Source: Octopus vulgaris (lineage: Eukaryota). From it: a DNA stretch of 64,000 nucleotides. The notes below the pieces were generated by a model, which made no database searches, was not told where the DNA came from, and was given only the letters and a program-made list of their open reading frames with translations. This document shows positions 40,403-55,546 of the stretch, in pieces. Where the stretch lies: the NCBI GenBank assembly GCA_951406725.2, contig OX597828.1, positions 73,904,001 through 73,968,000 of the forward strand, in the 5' to 3' direction. A program made the position numbers and the translations under genes. The number at the start of each line of letters is the position of its first letter. Position 1 is the first letter of the stretch.

Positions 40403-40647
40403 ATGGATAATATATATGCATATATACATACGTATATGTACATACATCTATACGTATATATATAAGCATTTGTGGGCACAGGACGTCATGAAACGTGTAC
40501 AACAAAAAATACGAAGCACGAATACATGGAACATGAAGTATTCTTTCGGGCAACGAAAGACACAAATGGAAAACAAAAACAAACACCATAAAGAACGACC
40601 CTTTATTAATTGTTGGCTGTTTTTCTACTCTCGTATTTCGAGCATTT

Positions 40648-40700
<53 letters not shown>

Positions 40701-40783
40701 TTTGGCGGTGCCCCAGCATGGCCACAACTCATGAGCTGAAACTAGATAAAATAAAAAAATAAAAGAAATATATATATGTATAT

Positions 40784-40832
<49 letters not shown>

Positions 40833-41485
40833 TATACATATATACATATATACATATATGTATATATATACACATATATATACATATATACATATATGTA
40901 TGTACGTATGCATGTATGTGTGCATGTATGTATGTATGTATGTATGTATGTGTGCATGTATGTGTGTATGTATGTATGTGTGTGTATGTATATATGTATG
41001 TGTGTGTATGTATGTATGCATGTATGTGTGCATGTATGTGTGCATGTATGTATGTATGTATGTGTGCAAGTATGTATGTGTGTATGTATGTGTGTATGTA
41101 TGTATGTATGTATGTATGTATGTATGTATGTGTATGTATGTATGTATGTATGTGTGTGTGTATGTATGTATGTATGTGTGTGTGTATGTATGTATGTATG
41201 TATGTGTGCATGTATGTATGTGTGCATGTATGTATGTATGTATGTGTGTGAGTGTGTATGTATGTATGTATGTATGTATGTATGTATGTATGTATGTATG
41301 TATGTATGTGTGTGTATGTATGTATGTATGTATGTACGTATGCATGTATGTGTGCGTGTATGTATACAGTTCATTTTAACTTTCTTCATTCGGTCACTCT
41401 TTCCTTCGGCATATTTCTGTTGTTAAATATGACATCTCCAGAATCAATCTGAAAACAGCAGCAGCAACAACAGCAACAAGAACAA

Positions 41486-41533
<48 letters not shown>

Positions 41534-41534
41534 C

Positions 41535-41598
<64 letters not shown>

Positions 41599-41984
41599 AC
41601 AACAGCAACAACAACAGTGAGAACAACAGAATATGAGGAATTTCTATATGAATGTTGAAACAAGATGGAAAATAAAAAAAACCTAAATGTTAGCAGAAGT
41701 TGCATCGCAGAGATGAAGAATTCACCAGAATAAATATTTTGCATTCTGTGAAGTCATGAATAAATATTTTGAACATTGTGCCTACATCTTATTTATTCTG
41801 CTTTGTTTTAATAAATAAAAAAAACCATCAGCAATAATGACAACAACAACAGCATCAACAACAATAATACGAACTACGAACATGGCGGCTGTGATGAGGA
41901 TAAGGACGACGACCGGCGCTGCAACAACATCTGCAACAGCAACAATAAAAACGGTTGGGAATTTGCGTGAAGAGATGAGTTCCC

Positions 41985-42350
41985 ATAGGACTGTTAGAAA
42001 TAGCAGCCAACTCACCGCAAGCTACACATTCCACTGTCTGCAGAAAGCGAAAGAAATCCTGGGTAATCTCGTCCTAGACGTTAGCTTAAAGAGATGCAAT
42101 GTCGATGGTTATGCCTGGGGCTCCGTCAGTTACGAAGACAAGTGTCCCGGTCGATTCGATCAATGGAACAGCCTGCCCGTGAATTTAGCATGTAAGTGGC
42201 TGAGTACCCCTCAGACACGAGTACACTTAAGGTAATTCTCATGGAGATTCAATTGACCCAAAGTTTGATAAGGCTGGCCCTTTGAAATACAAGTGTTACT
42301 CATATTCGCCAGCTGAATGGAGAGAAGCAACGTGAAATAAAGTGTCTTGC
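41985..42350 (-). mobile_element. SINE-like repeat related to the family D body, truncated at the duplication junction
   Basis: agcaacgtgaaataaagtgtcttgct is the reverse complement of about 25445-25470; tRNA head missing. Confidence 0.6.
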
Positions 42351-42444
42351 TCTTTCCATTTCAGAATTACAACTATTAGTGGTTTGGAGTTTAGCTGCTC
42401 TTTCTAGTGAGTCGGATGTCCTATTATGGCCGTCCCTTATATGT

Positions 42445-42487
<43 letters not shown>

Positions 42488-42560
42488 GTATAGATATGTA
42501 TGTGTGAATGAAAGTTATGTATGTATATGTTTATGTACCCATAGACAGACAGATACATAA

Positions 42561-42603
<43 letters not shown>

Positions 42604-42767
42604 CATATATATATATATGTATGTATAAACCTACTTGGACATGGATGTGCGGCGTTCAGTCATATGATAATATATATTATATATATATGCATATATACAT
42701 ACATATATGTACATACGTACATATACATGCATATATATATATATGTATGTATGTATGTATGTGCATG

Positions 42768-42817
<50 letters not shown>

Positions 42818-44793
42818 GGTACAGGACGTCACAAAAAGTAAACAACATGAAATACGAAGACTTGAGTGTGCAAGCAACGAGAGAAACAGGGAAAACAAAA
42901 CAAGTAACATATAGAACGACCCTTCATCAGTTGTCGAGTGTCCATCTACTCCTCATTTCAAGCATTTAACGACAATATGAGGTTTCGAAAGGCAGTTGTC
43001 TTCGCGAACCAAAATAAAATTTGGGATTTGCGGAGGGTCAAAGTTGGTAACAAAAACAGGACAGTGGAGACATACAACGAACCTAATGAAAACAAACATG
43101 GAGGACCTTTAGACCAGACTAGATGATGTAGCGAACGCTGGAGAAATATTGTCTTTGACAAGAGAAAAGATAGAAGAGGAGACAAATAAGAATGCGTTTG
43201 GTCTGTACGAACAGACTGAAGGAAAAGAAAGATGATTACGCGAGGAAAAGGAAAATGGACGATGGTCACGTTTGAGCTACGAGAGAGAGAGAGAGAGTAA
43301 AGGAGAGAGAAGGAGAGACAGATAGAAAACGGTGAAGGGGAGAAAAAAGAATTAGAGAAAGGATGAGGGAGAAAAAACGAAAGGGGGAAAAGGGAAGATT
43401 TATATATATATATAGTACCCCCCCCCAAAAAAAAAACCAAGAACAAACTAAAAAATGTAACAACGCGATTACGTGGTGCATGTAAAGCATTAGCAGACGC
43501 TCAGGGAAGGAAAGAAGGGTGTTGATTGCAATGCGTGATTGAATTGTAATGCTTATCTGTTTGTATTTTAGATGCTTGTATTCTTAGCATCTTGTGTTCT
43601 GTTATTTTCGAAGTGACATGTAATATCTTTGAGTTGGATCCAGCAATTTATGCATTGTTCTGTCTGTCTGTTTGTCTGGTAGTTTAGAGTAATTATAGTT
43701 TTGAAATGTGCTGCAAAGTGGTTGTAAAAATACTGTCTGCATTTTTGGGACGAGAACGGCTTATGTGTTGATAACATTTTAGTATATACGACTATATAGT
43801 TGCCTTTACAACACGTGAATGTATCTTGGAACAGAAATAGCTTTTGTATTACAAAGGCAGCGAGCTGGGACGACAGTTAACACGCCTGACAAAGTGATGT
43901 CCATTTTTAGTTTCTGAATTCAAAATCTCCTGAGGTCAATTTGCCTTTCATCGATCGGGATCGATAAAAAGGGCCAATCACGTCCTGGAGTCGATGTAAT
44001 CGACTTCTCCCCCCCACCCCCGAAACTTCTGAACCTGTGTCAAAATTTGAAATTATTATTATGAGGTGTAATGCAACGAGTTGGTAGTACTGTTAGCACA
44101 CCGGACAAAATGATCAGCGGCATTTTGTCCGTCTTTACGTTCTGAGCTCAAATTTCAACGTGGTTGACTTTGTTTTTCTTCTTTTTGGCATCGATAGAAT
44201 AAGTACCAGTCGAGTATAGGGGTCGATGTAATCGACTTCATCTTCCAAGAAAAGAAACTGCCGGTCCCTTGCCAAAAGTTGAAACCATCGTTCCGGCAAG
44301 ATGTTTGTTGTTGTTATTGTCGTTTTTGTTCTTATTTAAACCCATCAGGCTTTATGGAGCAAAGTTATGTTCAAAGGCATTCCATGTACGGGACATTATG
44401 AAGGTACGTGAATCAGTGGCTTAGAAATTCGGCAAATGGTTGTAAAGTCGTGAGTTAATTTTGAAATTAAATCGGCAGTTTATATTTACTGCTGAGTAAA
44501 CCGCGCGAGCGTGGTGGAATTTGAAAATTTATAGCATATAGACTCGAGGCATGTTTATCATCGCCTCTTGGATATATGTTAGGCCTTGGCTTTTCTGCTG
44601 ACGAGGCAACGCCAGTGGTAAATAAATTAATTAAATTATTTTATTTACAAAAGATTGCCGAAACTATGCATAGTCCAGAAAGGAGAGGGTTTATATTTCT
44701 CTTTCCATTTCAGAATTACAACTATTAGTGGTTTGGAGTTTGGCTGCTCTTTCTAGTGAGTCGGATGTCCTATTATGGCCGTCCCTTATATGT

Positions 44794-44844
<51 letters not shown>

Positions 44845-44917
44845 GTATAGATATGTATGTGTGAATGAAAGTTATGTATGTATATGTTTATGTACCCATA
44901 GACAGACAGATACATAA

Positions 44918-44958
<41 letters not shown>

Positions 44959-45122
44959 CATATATATATATATGTATGTATAAACCTACTTGGACATGGA
45001 TGTGCGGCGTTCAGTCATATGATAATATATATTATATATATATGCATATATACATACATATATGTACATACGTACATATACATGCATATATATATATATG
45101 TATGTATGTATGTATGTGCATG

Positions 45123-45180
<58 letters not shown>

Positions 45181-47160
45181 GGTACAGGACGTCACAAAAA
45201 GTAAACAACATGAAATACGAAGACTTGAGTGTGCAAGCAACGAGAGAAACAGGGAAAACAAAACAAGTAACATATAGAACGACCCTTCATCAGTTGTCGA
45301 GTGTCCATCTACTCCTCATTTCAAGCATTTAACGACAATATGAGGTTTCGAAAGGCAGTTGTCTTCGCGAACCAAAATAAAATTTGGGATTTGCGGAGGG
45401 TCAAAGTTGGTAACAAAAACAGGACAGTGGAGACATACAACGAACCTAATGAAAACAAACATGGAGGACCTTTAGACCAGACTAGATGATGTAGCGAACG
45501 CTGGAGAAATATTGTCTTTGACAAGAGAAAAGATAGAAGAGGAGACAAATAAGAATGCGTTTGGTCTGTACGAACAGACTGAAGGAAAAGAAAGATGATT
45601 ACGCGAGGAAAAGGAAAATGGACGATGGTCACGTTTGAGCTACGAGAGAGAGAGAGAGAGTAAAGGAGAGAGAAGGAGAGACAGATAGAAAACGGTGAAG
45701 GGGAGAAAAAAGAATTAGAGAAAGGATGAGGGAGAAAAAACGAAAGGGGGAAAAGGGAAGATTTATATATATATATAGTACCCCCCCCCCAAAAAAAAAA
45801 CCAAGAACAAACTAAAAAATGTAACAACGCGATTACGTGGTGCATGTAAAGCATTAGCAGACGCTCAGGGAAGGAAAGAAGGGTGTTGATTGCAATGCGT
45901 GATTGAATTGTAATGCTTATCTGTTTGTATTTTAGATGCTTGTATTCTTAGCATCTTGTGTTCTGTTATTTTCGAAGTGACATGTAATATCTTTGAGTTG
46001 GATCCAGCAATTTATGCATTGTTCTGTCTGTCTGTTTGTCTGGTAGTTTAGAGTAATTATAGTTTTGAAATGTGCTGCAAAGTGGTTGTAAAAATACTGT
46101 CTGCATTTTTGGGACGAGAACGGCTTATGTGTTGATAACATTTTAGTATATACGACTATATAGTTGCCTTTACAACACGTGAATGTATCTTGGAACAGAA
46201 ATAGCTTTTGTATTACAAAGGCAGCGAGCTGGGACGACAGTTAACACGCCTGACAAAGTGATGTCCATTTTTAGTTTCTGAATTCAAAATCTCCTGAGGT
46301 CAATTTGCCTTTCATCGATCGGGATCGATAAAAAGGGCCAATCACGTCCTGGAGTCGATGTAATCGACTTCTCCCCCACCCCGAAACTTCTGAACCTGTG
46401 TCAAAATTTGAAATTATTATTATGAGGTGTAATGCAACGAGTTGGTAGTACTGTTAGCACACCGGACAAAATGATCAGCGGCATTTTGTCCGTCTTTACG
46501 TTCTGAGCTCAAATTTCAACGTGGTTGACTTTGTTTTTCTTCTTTTTGGCATCGATAGAATAAGTACCAGTCGAGTATAGGGGTCGATGTAATCGACTTC
46601 ATCTTCCAAGAAAAGAAACTGCCGGTCCCTTGCCAAAAGTTGAAACCATCGTTCCGGCAAGATGTTTGTTGTTGTTATTGTCGTTTTTGTTCTTATTTAA
46701 ACCCATCAGGCTTTATGGAGCAAAGTTATGTTCAAAGGCATTCCATGTACGGGACATTATGAAGGTACGTGAATCAGTGGCTTAGAAATTCGGCAAATGG
46801 TTGTAAAGTCGTGAGTTAATTTTGAAATTAAATCGGCAGTTTATATTTACTGCTGAGTAAACCGCGCGAGCGTGGTGGAATTTGAAAATTTATAGCATAT
46901 AGACTCGAGGCATGTTTATCATCGCCTCTTGGATATATGTTAGGCCTTGGCTTTTCTGCTGACGAGGCAACGCCAGTGGTAAATAAATTAATTAAATTAT
47001 TTTATTTACAAAAGATTGCCGAAACTATGCATAGTCCAGAAAGGAGAGGGTTTATATTTCTCTTTCCATTTCAGAATTACAACTATTAGTGGTTTGGAGT
47101 TTGGCTGCTCTTTCTAGTGAGTCGGATGTCCTATTATGGCCGTCCCTTATATGTTTGAAT
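42351..47160. repeat. Near-identical tandem duplication, unit about 2.35 kb (A-B-A-B-A, A about 100 bp)
   Basis: ctttccatttcagaattacaac at 42352, 44701 and 47062; duplicated ORFs 42938/45301 and 43568/45932; each unit carries two SINE B copies. Confidence 0.96.
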
Positions 47161-47252
47161 GTATATTATATAGTCTATTGACTATTTTTCCTTCTCACTT
47201 GACCGCTGGTAGCGGAGAATTTTTCTAGAATTTTTTGCTACCCTAAAATTTA

Positions 47253-47306
<54 letters not shown>

Positions 47307-49046
47307 CGTTTATACGTACACATATATATAAACACACAGTGCCAATGGACATTTTATGAAAAACTTGAATAAATAAAACTTATCTTGGTGTGTAATAAAT
47401 ACAGCTAACACATCAGGTGATACAAGATTATCACAGCTTAACCCCTTTTACCCTCCAGGTAAGTCGCGTCAACATTTTCACACATACCTCTGCATATCAA
47501 CAACAACAATTCATCCTCAGAAACAACCGACTCTGATCTAAACGCCGTTGTTACTACATTCATTTGGCAAATAGGTTCCTCTCTCCTTTCGTCACTTACC
47601 AATTAACATCAAAAGTGAATATCGTCACAAGGTAATCGAAACCAATACATCTCCGATTCCATAGCAAAAACTGCCGGAATCGCATAACCGGAATCAACTT
47701 CATATCCTATTCCATACAGCGACAATATTCACAAATGAAGTAAATGAACATCACAGAACGCGAAACGTTCTATGAATATACGCAAGGCTTTCGTTGGCCC
47801 CACAACGGTCAAGAGAAAGAAACAACATAAGTGTGGTAAAAGTAAAATAAAAAACTATGAATCAGATCCACTGTTTGCTATGATAGTCGTGTCTGGGGAT
47901 TCAGTTTCTTCCCCACAAAACTATAAACTTGAAAGACCCTAAAATACAGCAACAATATGCTTGAAATAATCAACCAGAGATGACCAGGTAAACACTGATA
48001 ACGAAGAAGTAAATGGATATGTGAAGGGAATGTTTTATTGTTGAAGCAAACCTTATCTCCCATTGGCTCTGCTTTTACCATTTGGAAATAACGTCCACGT
48101 ACCTACCACGTCTATAACACTGTAGAAAACTCACTACGTTTTAGAAATAAATTATTTTCCATTCAACCCAGACAAAATCCCGTACAATCGGGAATTACCT
48201 TGGCTATCAACAGCCTCATTATCCCTAAAACTGTCGCACTCGCTACCAGGATAACTTATGTGTAAAAATACAAGAAACGGGATGACCAGAGTATACTATC
48301 TTTAATCATAGATCGGCCCCATCATCAGGATTGACCCGAGGTTAAATAACACCAACAACCGTAACTGAAAGAAAAGTGTGCCATGCAGAGTAAGAAACGC
48401 AGTGTAACGCATGTAAAATGTGAATATTCAAAGCAAAATACGATGGATCATGGATTCTCCAGCGGTTTCAATGATGAGAATTATCAGAGAGTATCAGAGA
48501 GTAAGTTGCTGGGTATTCCAGAAATACTTATAACCTTTATGTGATGTTTAAGCAGAACTAGTCAGATCGTGAAACAAACGGGTCCTACCCTTTAATAACT
48601 TGGTTTATCTGACGGGCTTCCACACATTTGACGCCAAATCATTTTCACTCATAAAGCTAACGTCGACTGTAGACTATGATACAGAAAATTGCCCAGGCGA
48701 CTGCATCTAATACAAGGCACCATATTTATGAAGCGATCTTTTTTACCACTCTACCAAAATGAAAGCCGATATTTCATTCTTATCTTGTCGGCCATCTTAC
48801 ATCGTCTACTTCACACTATGAAGTAGAGATTTAAAACACCGCCATTTTAAAAATGACAGCGCAGTTAACTAGTTAAGGATGTTTTATTCATATGAATGGA
48901 ATAGTATATACAATAAAAGCAAATAATAAAGTACAATAAATGGAAAATAAGCAACTAAAGAAAGATAAGGAAAAAAGAAAGTGAACGAACGAAAGAAAAC
49001 ATCGTCGCTTCATTTCCTCCAATTTTCTAACCAAACACACACACGC

Positions 49047-49089
<43 letters not shown>

Positions 49090-49766
49090 AAGATAAATAT
49101 ATATATATATACATAAAGATATATACATACATATATATAAAGAAAACAACAGCCACAAAACGAGCGCAAACACTAGGAAGAGAAAATTAAACGTCCATAT
49201 GTAATATGAGAGTCAGTGTAGCAGTCATTCTGTGAAACAGAACGTATGACAAAAATCAATTAAATAACATTTACTCTTAATGCATGCGATAAAATGAAAA
49301 CCAGGAAAAATAAAAACCCACATCCTTCTGTGCGTCTTCCTCCACCTCGTTTTGGTTGATTCACCATTTTTATTTTTCAATATTTTTAGAATTACATTAG
49401 TTCTTTCTTCCTTTTATTCATTATAAGTAGAACTCAATAGAGATTGAATCTTGACACACAACAGCATTTTTTCTTCATTCTTTTCCTCTTCTTTTTTTTG
49501 TTATTTTTATTTTTTCTCTCTGGTTCTGCGATTGGTTTGCATTTGTTTATTTATATATATTTATGCAATTCATTTTCATTTACTTATTATTTATATATAT
49601 ATGCTTTTTTTTATCAATCTCTTCGTCTTGATATTTCATTTGATCATAAAGAAGAAAATGACTTACAAGCGCGCCTGAATATCTATACATATATGTGTGT
49701 GTGTGTATAGGTATGTATATTTTTTATATGTATATATATACACACATATATATATAAAGAAGGAAA

Positions 49767-49810
<44 letters not shown>

Positions 49811-50015
49811 CTAATGAACATGTAGGTATGTCTGTGCAAGCATATATATTCGTGTGTAAAACTATGTACGTATGATTCTTTCAAAAAGTATAAGATCATA
49901 ATATACATATATATATATACATATACATATACATATATATATACACACACATATATGTGCGTGTGTATGCATACATGTATGTATATGCCCCCATACATGC
50001 ACAAACATATATTTA

Positions 50016-50056
<41 letters not shown>

Positions 50057-50172
50057 GGAAGCTAAAATGAATCCAATACTCTACTTAACAGTATTGAGTG
50101 CTCTTTTAGTTGATATTATATTGCCTTCATGGAAAATTTTATCTAAAATACAAACACATTCATGTACTTCTG

Positions 50173-50231
<59 letters not shown>

Positions 50232-50457
50232 GTATGTATATGCATGTGTGTGTTTGGACGTTCGTGTGTAGGTATATATGTTTATATCCATATATACACA
50301 TATATATTTATGGATAGATTAATATATATATATATATATATATATAAGTGTGAGTGGACGTGCTTTTATATTGTATTCGGGCTCATAGAATACACCCACA
50401 CCCACATATATTAATATGTGTGTGGATTTGGTAGACGGAAACTGAAAGAAGCCTATC

Positions 50458-50507
<50 letters not shown>

Positions 50508-51276
50508 AATGTGTGTGTGTATACATATGCATATATTTATGTGTATGTGTGTGTTTGTCACCCCAGCCAACGCTTGAAAGCCGATGCTGGTGTGTTTATG
50601 TCCAGCGTGCTAACGATTCTGCTATCTCGCCGCCTCAATAATAATAATAATTACTAACGTTAACATAAAGTATTCGCCCACATCGTATTACTGGTATTAC
50701 ATTTATCATTCTCGAAATAGTGGAAAACGCAAGCGCCAAAAGCCGAGATTTGAACTCGGATCTTCAAAATGGAAAGAAATATAAACACACTGGGAAATAT
50801 CTTTATAAAACAACTGGTTTCACTCAGACTTGAAATCACTTCCACGAAACTGTCGAAACCGGTTTTTGAACTCACCTACTTCTCATTTAGCATTTGATCA
50901 ATGTTCGTTGCCATATAATGGAAGAAATCATTATTGATTTTATTTGTTTATTTTCTTTGCAAAATGAAAGAAATACATAAATGAATAAATAAATAAATAC
51001 ACAAATAAATAAATAATAAATTTTGAAAACTGCCGCAATTGCTTAAAAGTTAAAAATTGTTGAGTTAAACAAGTGCGTAGAAAGTTTCGGAACTGCGATA
51101 TTATTTTCATTTTAGCTTTATAATATTGAATAATTTTAAATATATATTTGTTTTATTTGTTTAACCAAGTTTGCCAACGACAAATAACAACAACAACAAC
51201 AACAACAAAATCAATAATAATAATTATAATAATAATAATAGTAATAATAATGATAATAATAACAATAATAATAATG

Positions 51277-51328
<52 letters not shown>

Positions 51329-51779
51329 TAATAATAATAATGATATTAATAATAATAATAATAATAATAATAATGATAATAATAATAACAATAATAATTA
51401 TAATAACAATGTTGTTATTATTCAATGTACAAACGACTGAAAGGTAACGAAACGATACGAACCTTTTCAATAGAAATAGAATAACATCGTGTCTATTTTG
51501 TACATTCTTATTATTAGAAATAAAAGTTGAACAAAATATATATTTGTAATAAACAAAAGGAGTTTTATTTTCTAGCAAAAATTAATTTATTTAAAATGTT
51601 CATATATTTCCGAAATGATGTTAAAATTAAGTTCTGTTAATTAGTTTCTTCCCCAAGTTACCAAATAATTTGTATGACAGTTCAATAGATGTGGATGCGT
51701 TTTGTAGGTTAATTACAATCTAGCTCAACAATCATTCGGTAATTATCAAGTGGAGTTCATAAAGTCTTGTTCAATACAA

Positions 51780-51884
51780 GGGTAGAGGGGCTCGGAGCAG
51801 CCCGATAGTGGGGCCTGAGGGCTCAAAGGTGCCCTGCACAGGAGCTAGCCTGAATACCGCCCGAAGAGCGGCTTTAAGGCTAGT
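51780..51884 (+). mobile_element. Helitron 3' terminal fragment
   Basis: GC-rich hairpin ccgc-ccgaaga-gcgg followed by CTAG|T at about 51880-51884. Confidence 0.6.
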
Positions 51885-51915
51885 ACTTACATATATACAT
51901 ACACACATACATACA

Positions 51916-51976
<61 letters not shown>

Positions 51977-52040
51977 ATATATGTATATATATATACATAT
52001 ATATATATGTATGTATGTATATATATGTATATATATATAT

Positions 52041-52072
<32 letters not shown>

Positions 52073-52126
52073 ACATATATATACATATATATATATGTAT
52101 GTATGTATATATATGTATATATATAT

Positions 52127-52158
<32 letters not shown>

Positions 52159-52314
52159 ATATATATACATATATATATATACATGTATATATAACATGTA
52201 TGTATATATGTGTGTATATATACACACGCGCATATTATTAAAAAGGACCTATGCGTATCGCACTTCTCCATAATTTACAGCCTTTGGATTTGCTTACAAA
52301 TTTATATATGTATG

Positions 52315-52364
<50 letters not shown>

Positions 52365-53166
52365 TATATGTATGCATGTATGTATGTATGTATGTATGTA
52401 TGTATGTATAAACATACACACACCTACGTATTTATCTATATCCATACGAGTATATAAGCGCACACACACACACCCACACGTCATATCTACATACCCTAAG
52501 TATACTACCTTCATATACTTGGTTCATAATATACACTGCAATATTACGTACACAGACGTACATACGCAAGTTCTAAATAATTACCTTACATGATGCTCTT
52601 ATTTGTATGAAACTTCATTCCTTCTGGGTCATTTTCGGTCAGCCAACTTTTTTACTATGATTCGGCACAGAAAAACATGTTTCTTCGTTATAACTGTTTT
52701 TTTTTTTTTTTCATTCTTTGCTCTTCATTTCTTATTCCAACGACCTGACTTTATGAAGAAGAGTTTACGCTCGAATTGTAAGAGACACATCTTCCTTCTT
52801 TGATTTTCGTCGTTAATATTGCATGTTTGTTATTGTTGTATTAATGTTTTTTGTTGTTTTTGTAATTATTGTTGTAGTATATTTTATTAATGTGCTACAG
52901 CATTGACTTCAACAATTAACAATTAACTCTCATTAATCATTGAAGATTTGAGTTAATGGTGGTTCAACATATACCTTTCTGTCTCTCTATTCTCTCTCCT
53001 CTCACTTTTTCTGTCTCTCTTTCTCTGCTTCTCTCATTCTCTCTTTCTCGCTCTCTTTCCCTGTATGTCTCTTTCAACTGTCGCTATCACACTGTCTTTC
53101 ACGTTCGGTTTATTTTGCTTTTTAAAGAACCTCTTTCCTCTTTCTTCGCTCTCTCTCTCCTCCTGC

Positions 53167-53198
<32 letters not shown>

Positions 53199-53328
53199 TT
53201 CTCTTTTTGTCTATCTATCTATCTATCAATTTTGATTGCTTGTAATTGTAGGTATCTCTCGCTTGGATTTTCTTCGCACAATGTCATTTTCTCATTTTCT
53301 CTCCCTCTCTCTCTCTCTCTTCGTCTCC

Positions 53329-53371
<43 letters not shown>

Positions 53372-53565
53372 TTTTCTCTCCCAATTTATAACAACATATT
53401 GGTGCTACCATGACAGCATTCATTCCAACACAAATGAAGATTCCTTAAGCATATTTTCTGCTATCGCTTTTCACTTTTGCCGTATTTGTTTGCAGTTTTT
53501 TACTCATGCGATTGTTAAATTGACTATTTTGTTTCATTTGTTTTCTACATGCACGTGTTGTTGTT

Positions 53566-53596
<31 letters not shown>

Positions 53597-53979
53597 CTGT
53601 TGATGATGATGGTGATGATGATGATGATGTTGCTATAGTTGTGATTGTTGGTGTCGTTATTTTTGTTACTTTATCGGTGGAATTTGGAGAGGTGTTTTTT
53701 TTTTGCAATATAATTTTTCCAGGTTTATTTCGTTCTCTTTTAAGCGATTTGCTTTTTATGTTTTCAGCGATCTTTCCGTTCCCTTTCCTGTTAAAATTTT
53801 GTTTTATTTTATGAGTTGACAAATTGCCAAAGTTTATATCAATCTAAATAAACCTTATTTTTAAAATATTTACTTTAGCTTTGTGTCGTGAAGAGAGCTG
53901 GCCTGCAACAAGTATACATTCCTAAGATTCTTAAAATGACTTCGCTTTTCTTTAAGTTCTTCTTCTTCTTCTTCTTCTT

Positions 53980-54322
<343 letters not shown>

Positions 54323-54323
<1 letters not shown>

Positions 54324-54732
54324 TATGTTTGACTTTTGCTTTATGTCTGTACAAGTTGGCTCCAAGTCTCACCCAGAGACCTCAAGAGACAACAGGTTGG
54401 AAGTTCTGTGCCATATATTTGGGTTTTTTTTTTTTTTTTTTTTTTTTGGTGTTGTACTAGTGAATGTCTAATACATAAAAAAAATAATAAATAAATTTTA
54501 AAAAAAGTTTGTTTTAAACCTTGGGATTACATAGAGAGTATTTTGCGTAGGATATGAGCAGTTCCCATGAGCACTATCTTTTGAATTTCTGCCATTTTGG
54601 GGTTTCCTGGTATCTGAGTTAGGTAGCAATCAGTCCCTTTCGCTATCATTCCCAGGGCACCTATGACAACAGGTATTGTTTTAGTCTTCAGCTTCCACAT
54701 TTTGCTGGTTTCTATTTCAAGATCTTTATATA
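54323..54732 (-). mobile_element. 5'-truncated R4/Dong-like non-LTR retrotransposon (RLE C-terminus plus 3'UTR) within (TAA)n
   Basis: YKDLEIE.SKMW....IPVVIGALG....IQKIVLMGTAHILRKIL*; (TAA)n on both sides. Confidence 0.85.
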
Positions 54733-54750
54733 TTATTATTATTATTATTA

Positions 54751-54809
<59 letters not shown>

Positions 54810-54811
<2 letters not shown>

Positions 54812-55062
54812 TGAGTGAGAGAACAGTGCATGCCATCAAAGTGACACTGGGGTAAAATATACGAAGTCTAGGATACCCATCATGACTACCCGTGTGATAA
54901 GGGTACACTACGTACATGCATCACAACCATATGTGCACGACATGGTGATCTCATATCAAGATAAACAGCACATGACCTTGCAGGTGGGGCCCAGTTAGAA
55001 TTTTCTTCAGGTCGAGTAACCCATCCCACTTGAAAGGTCCCTGAATAAGGGTTGTTTAAGGA
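54810..55062 (-). mobile_element. Non-coding retroposon 3' end flanked by (TAA)n
   Basis: Shares its terminus with 15395-15505; embedded in (ATT)n. Confidence 0.6.
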
Positions 55063-55082
55063 TATTATTATTATTATCATCA

Positions 55083-55458
<376 letters not shown>

Positions 55459-55546
55459 CATCATCATCATTATCATCATCATCATCATCGTCATGGTCAT
55501 CATCATCATCATCATATGAACCTCGAAAGGTTAAAAAGCATAGTTA

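Noticed and set aside
40317-41426. 342-aa His/Thr/Tyr-rich ORF
   Set aside because: Degenerate (TATG)n/(TG)n tract
47470-48260. Possible ancient CR1/L2 remnant (HLPI, FNPDK-like words)
   Set aside because: Too degraded to support as a feature without a profile search
50860-50885. Minus-strand AG|GTGAGT donor
   Set aside because: No plausible upstream exon or acceptor; expected by chance
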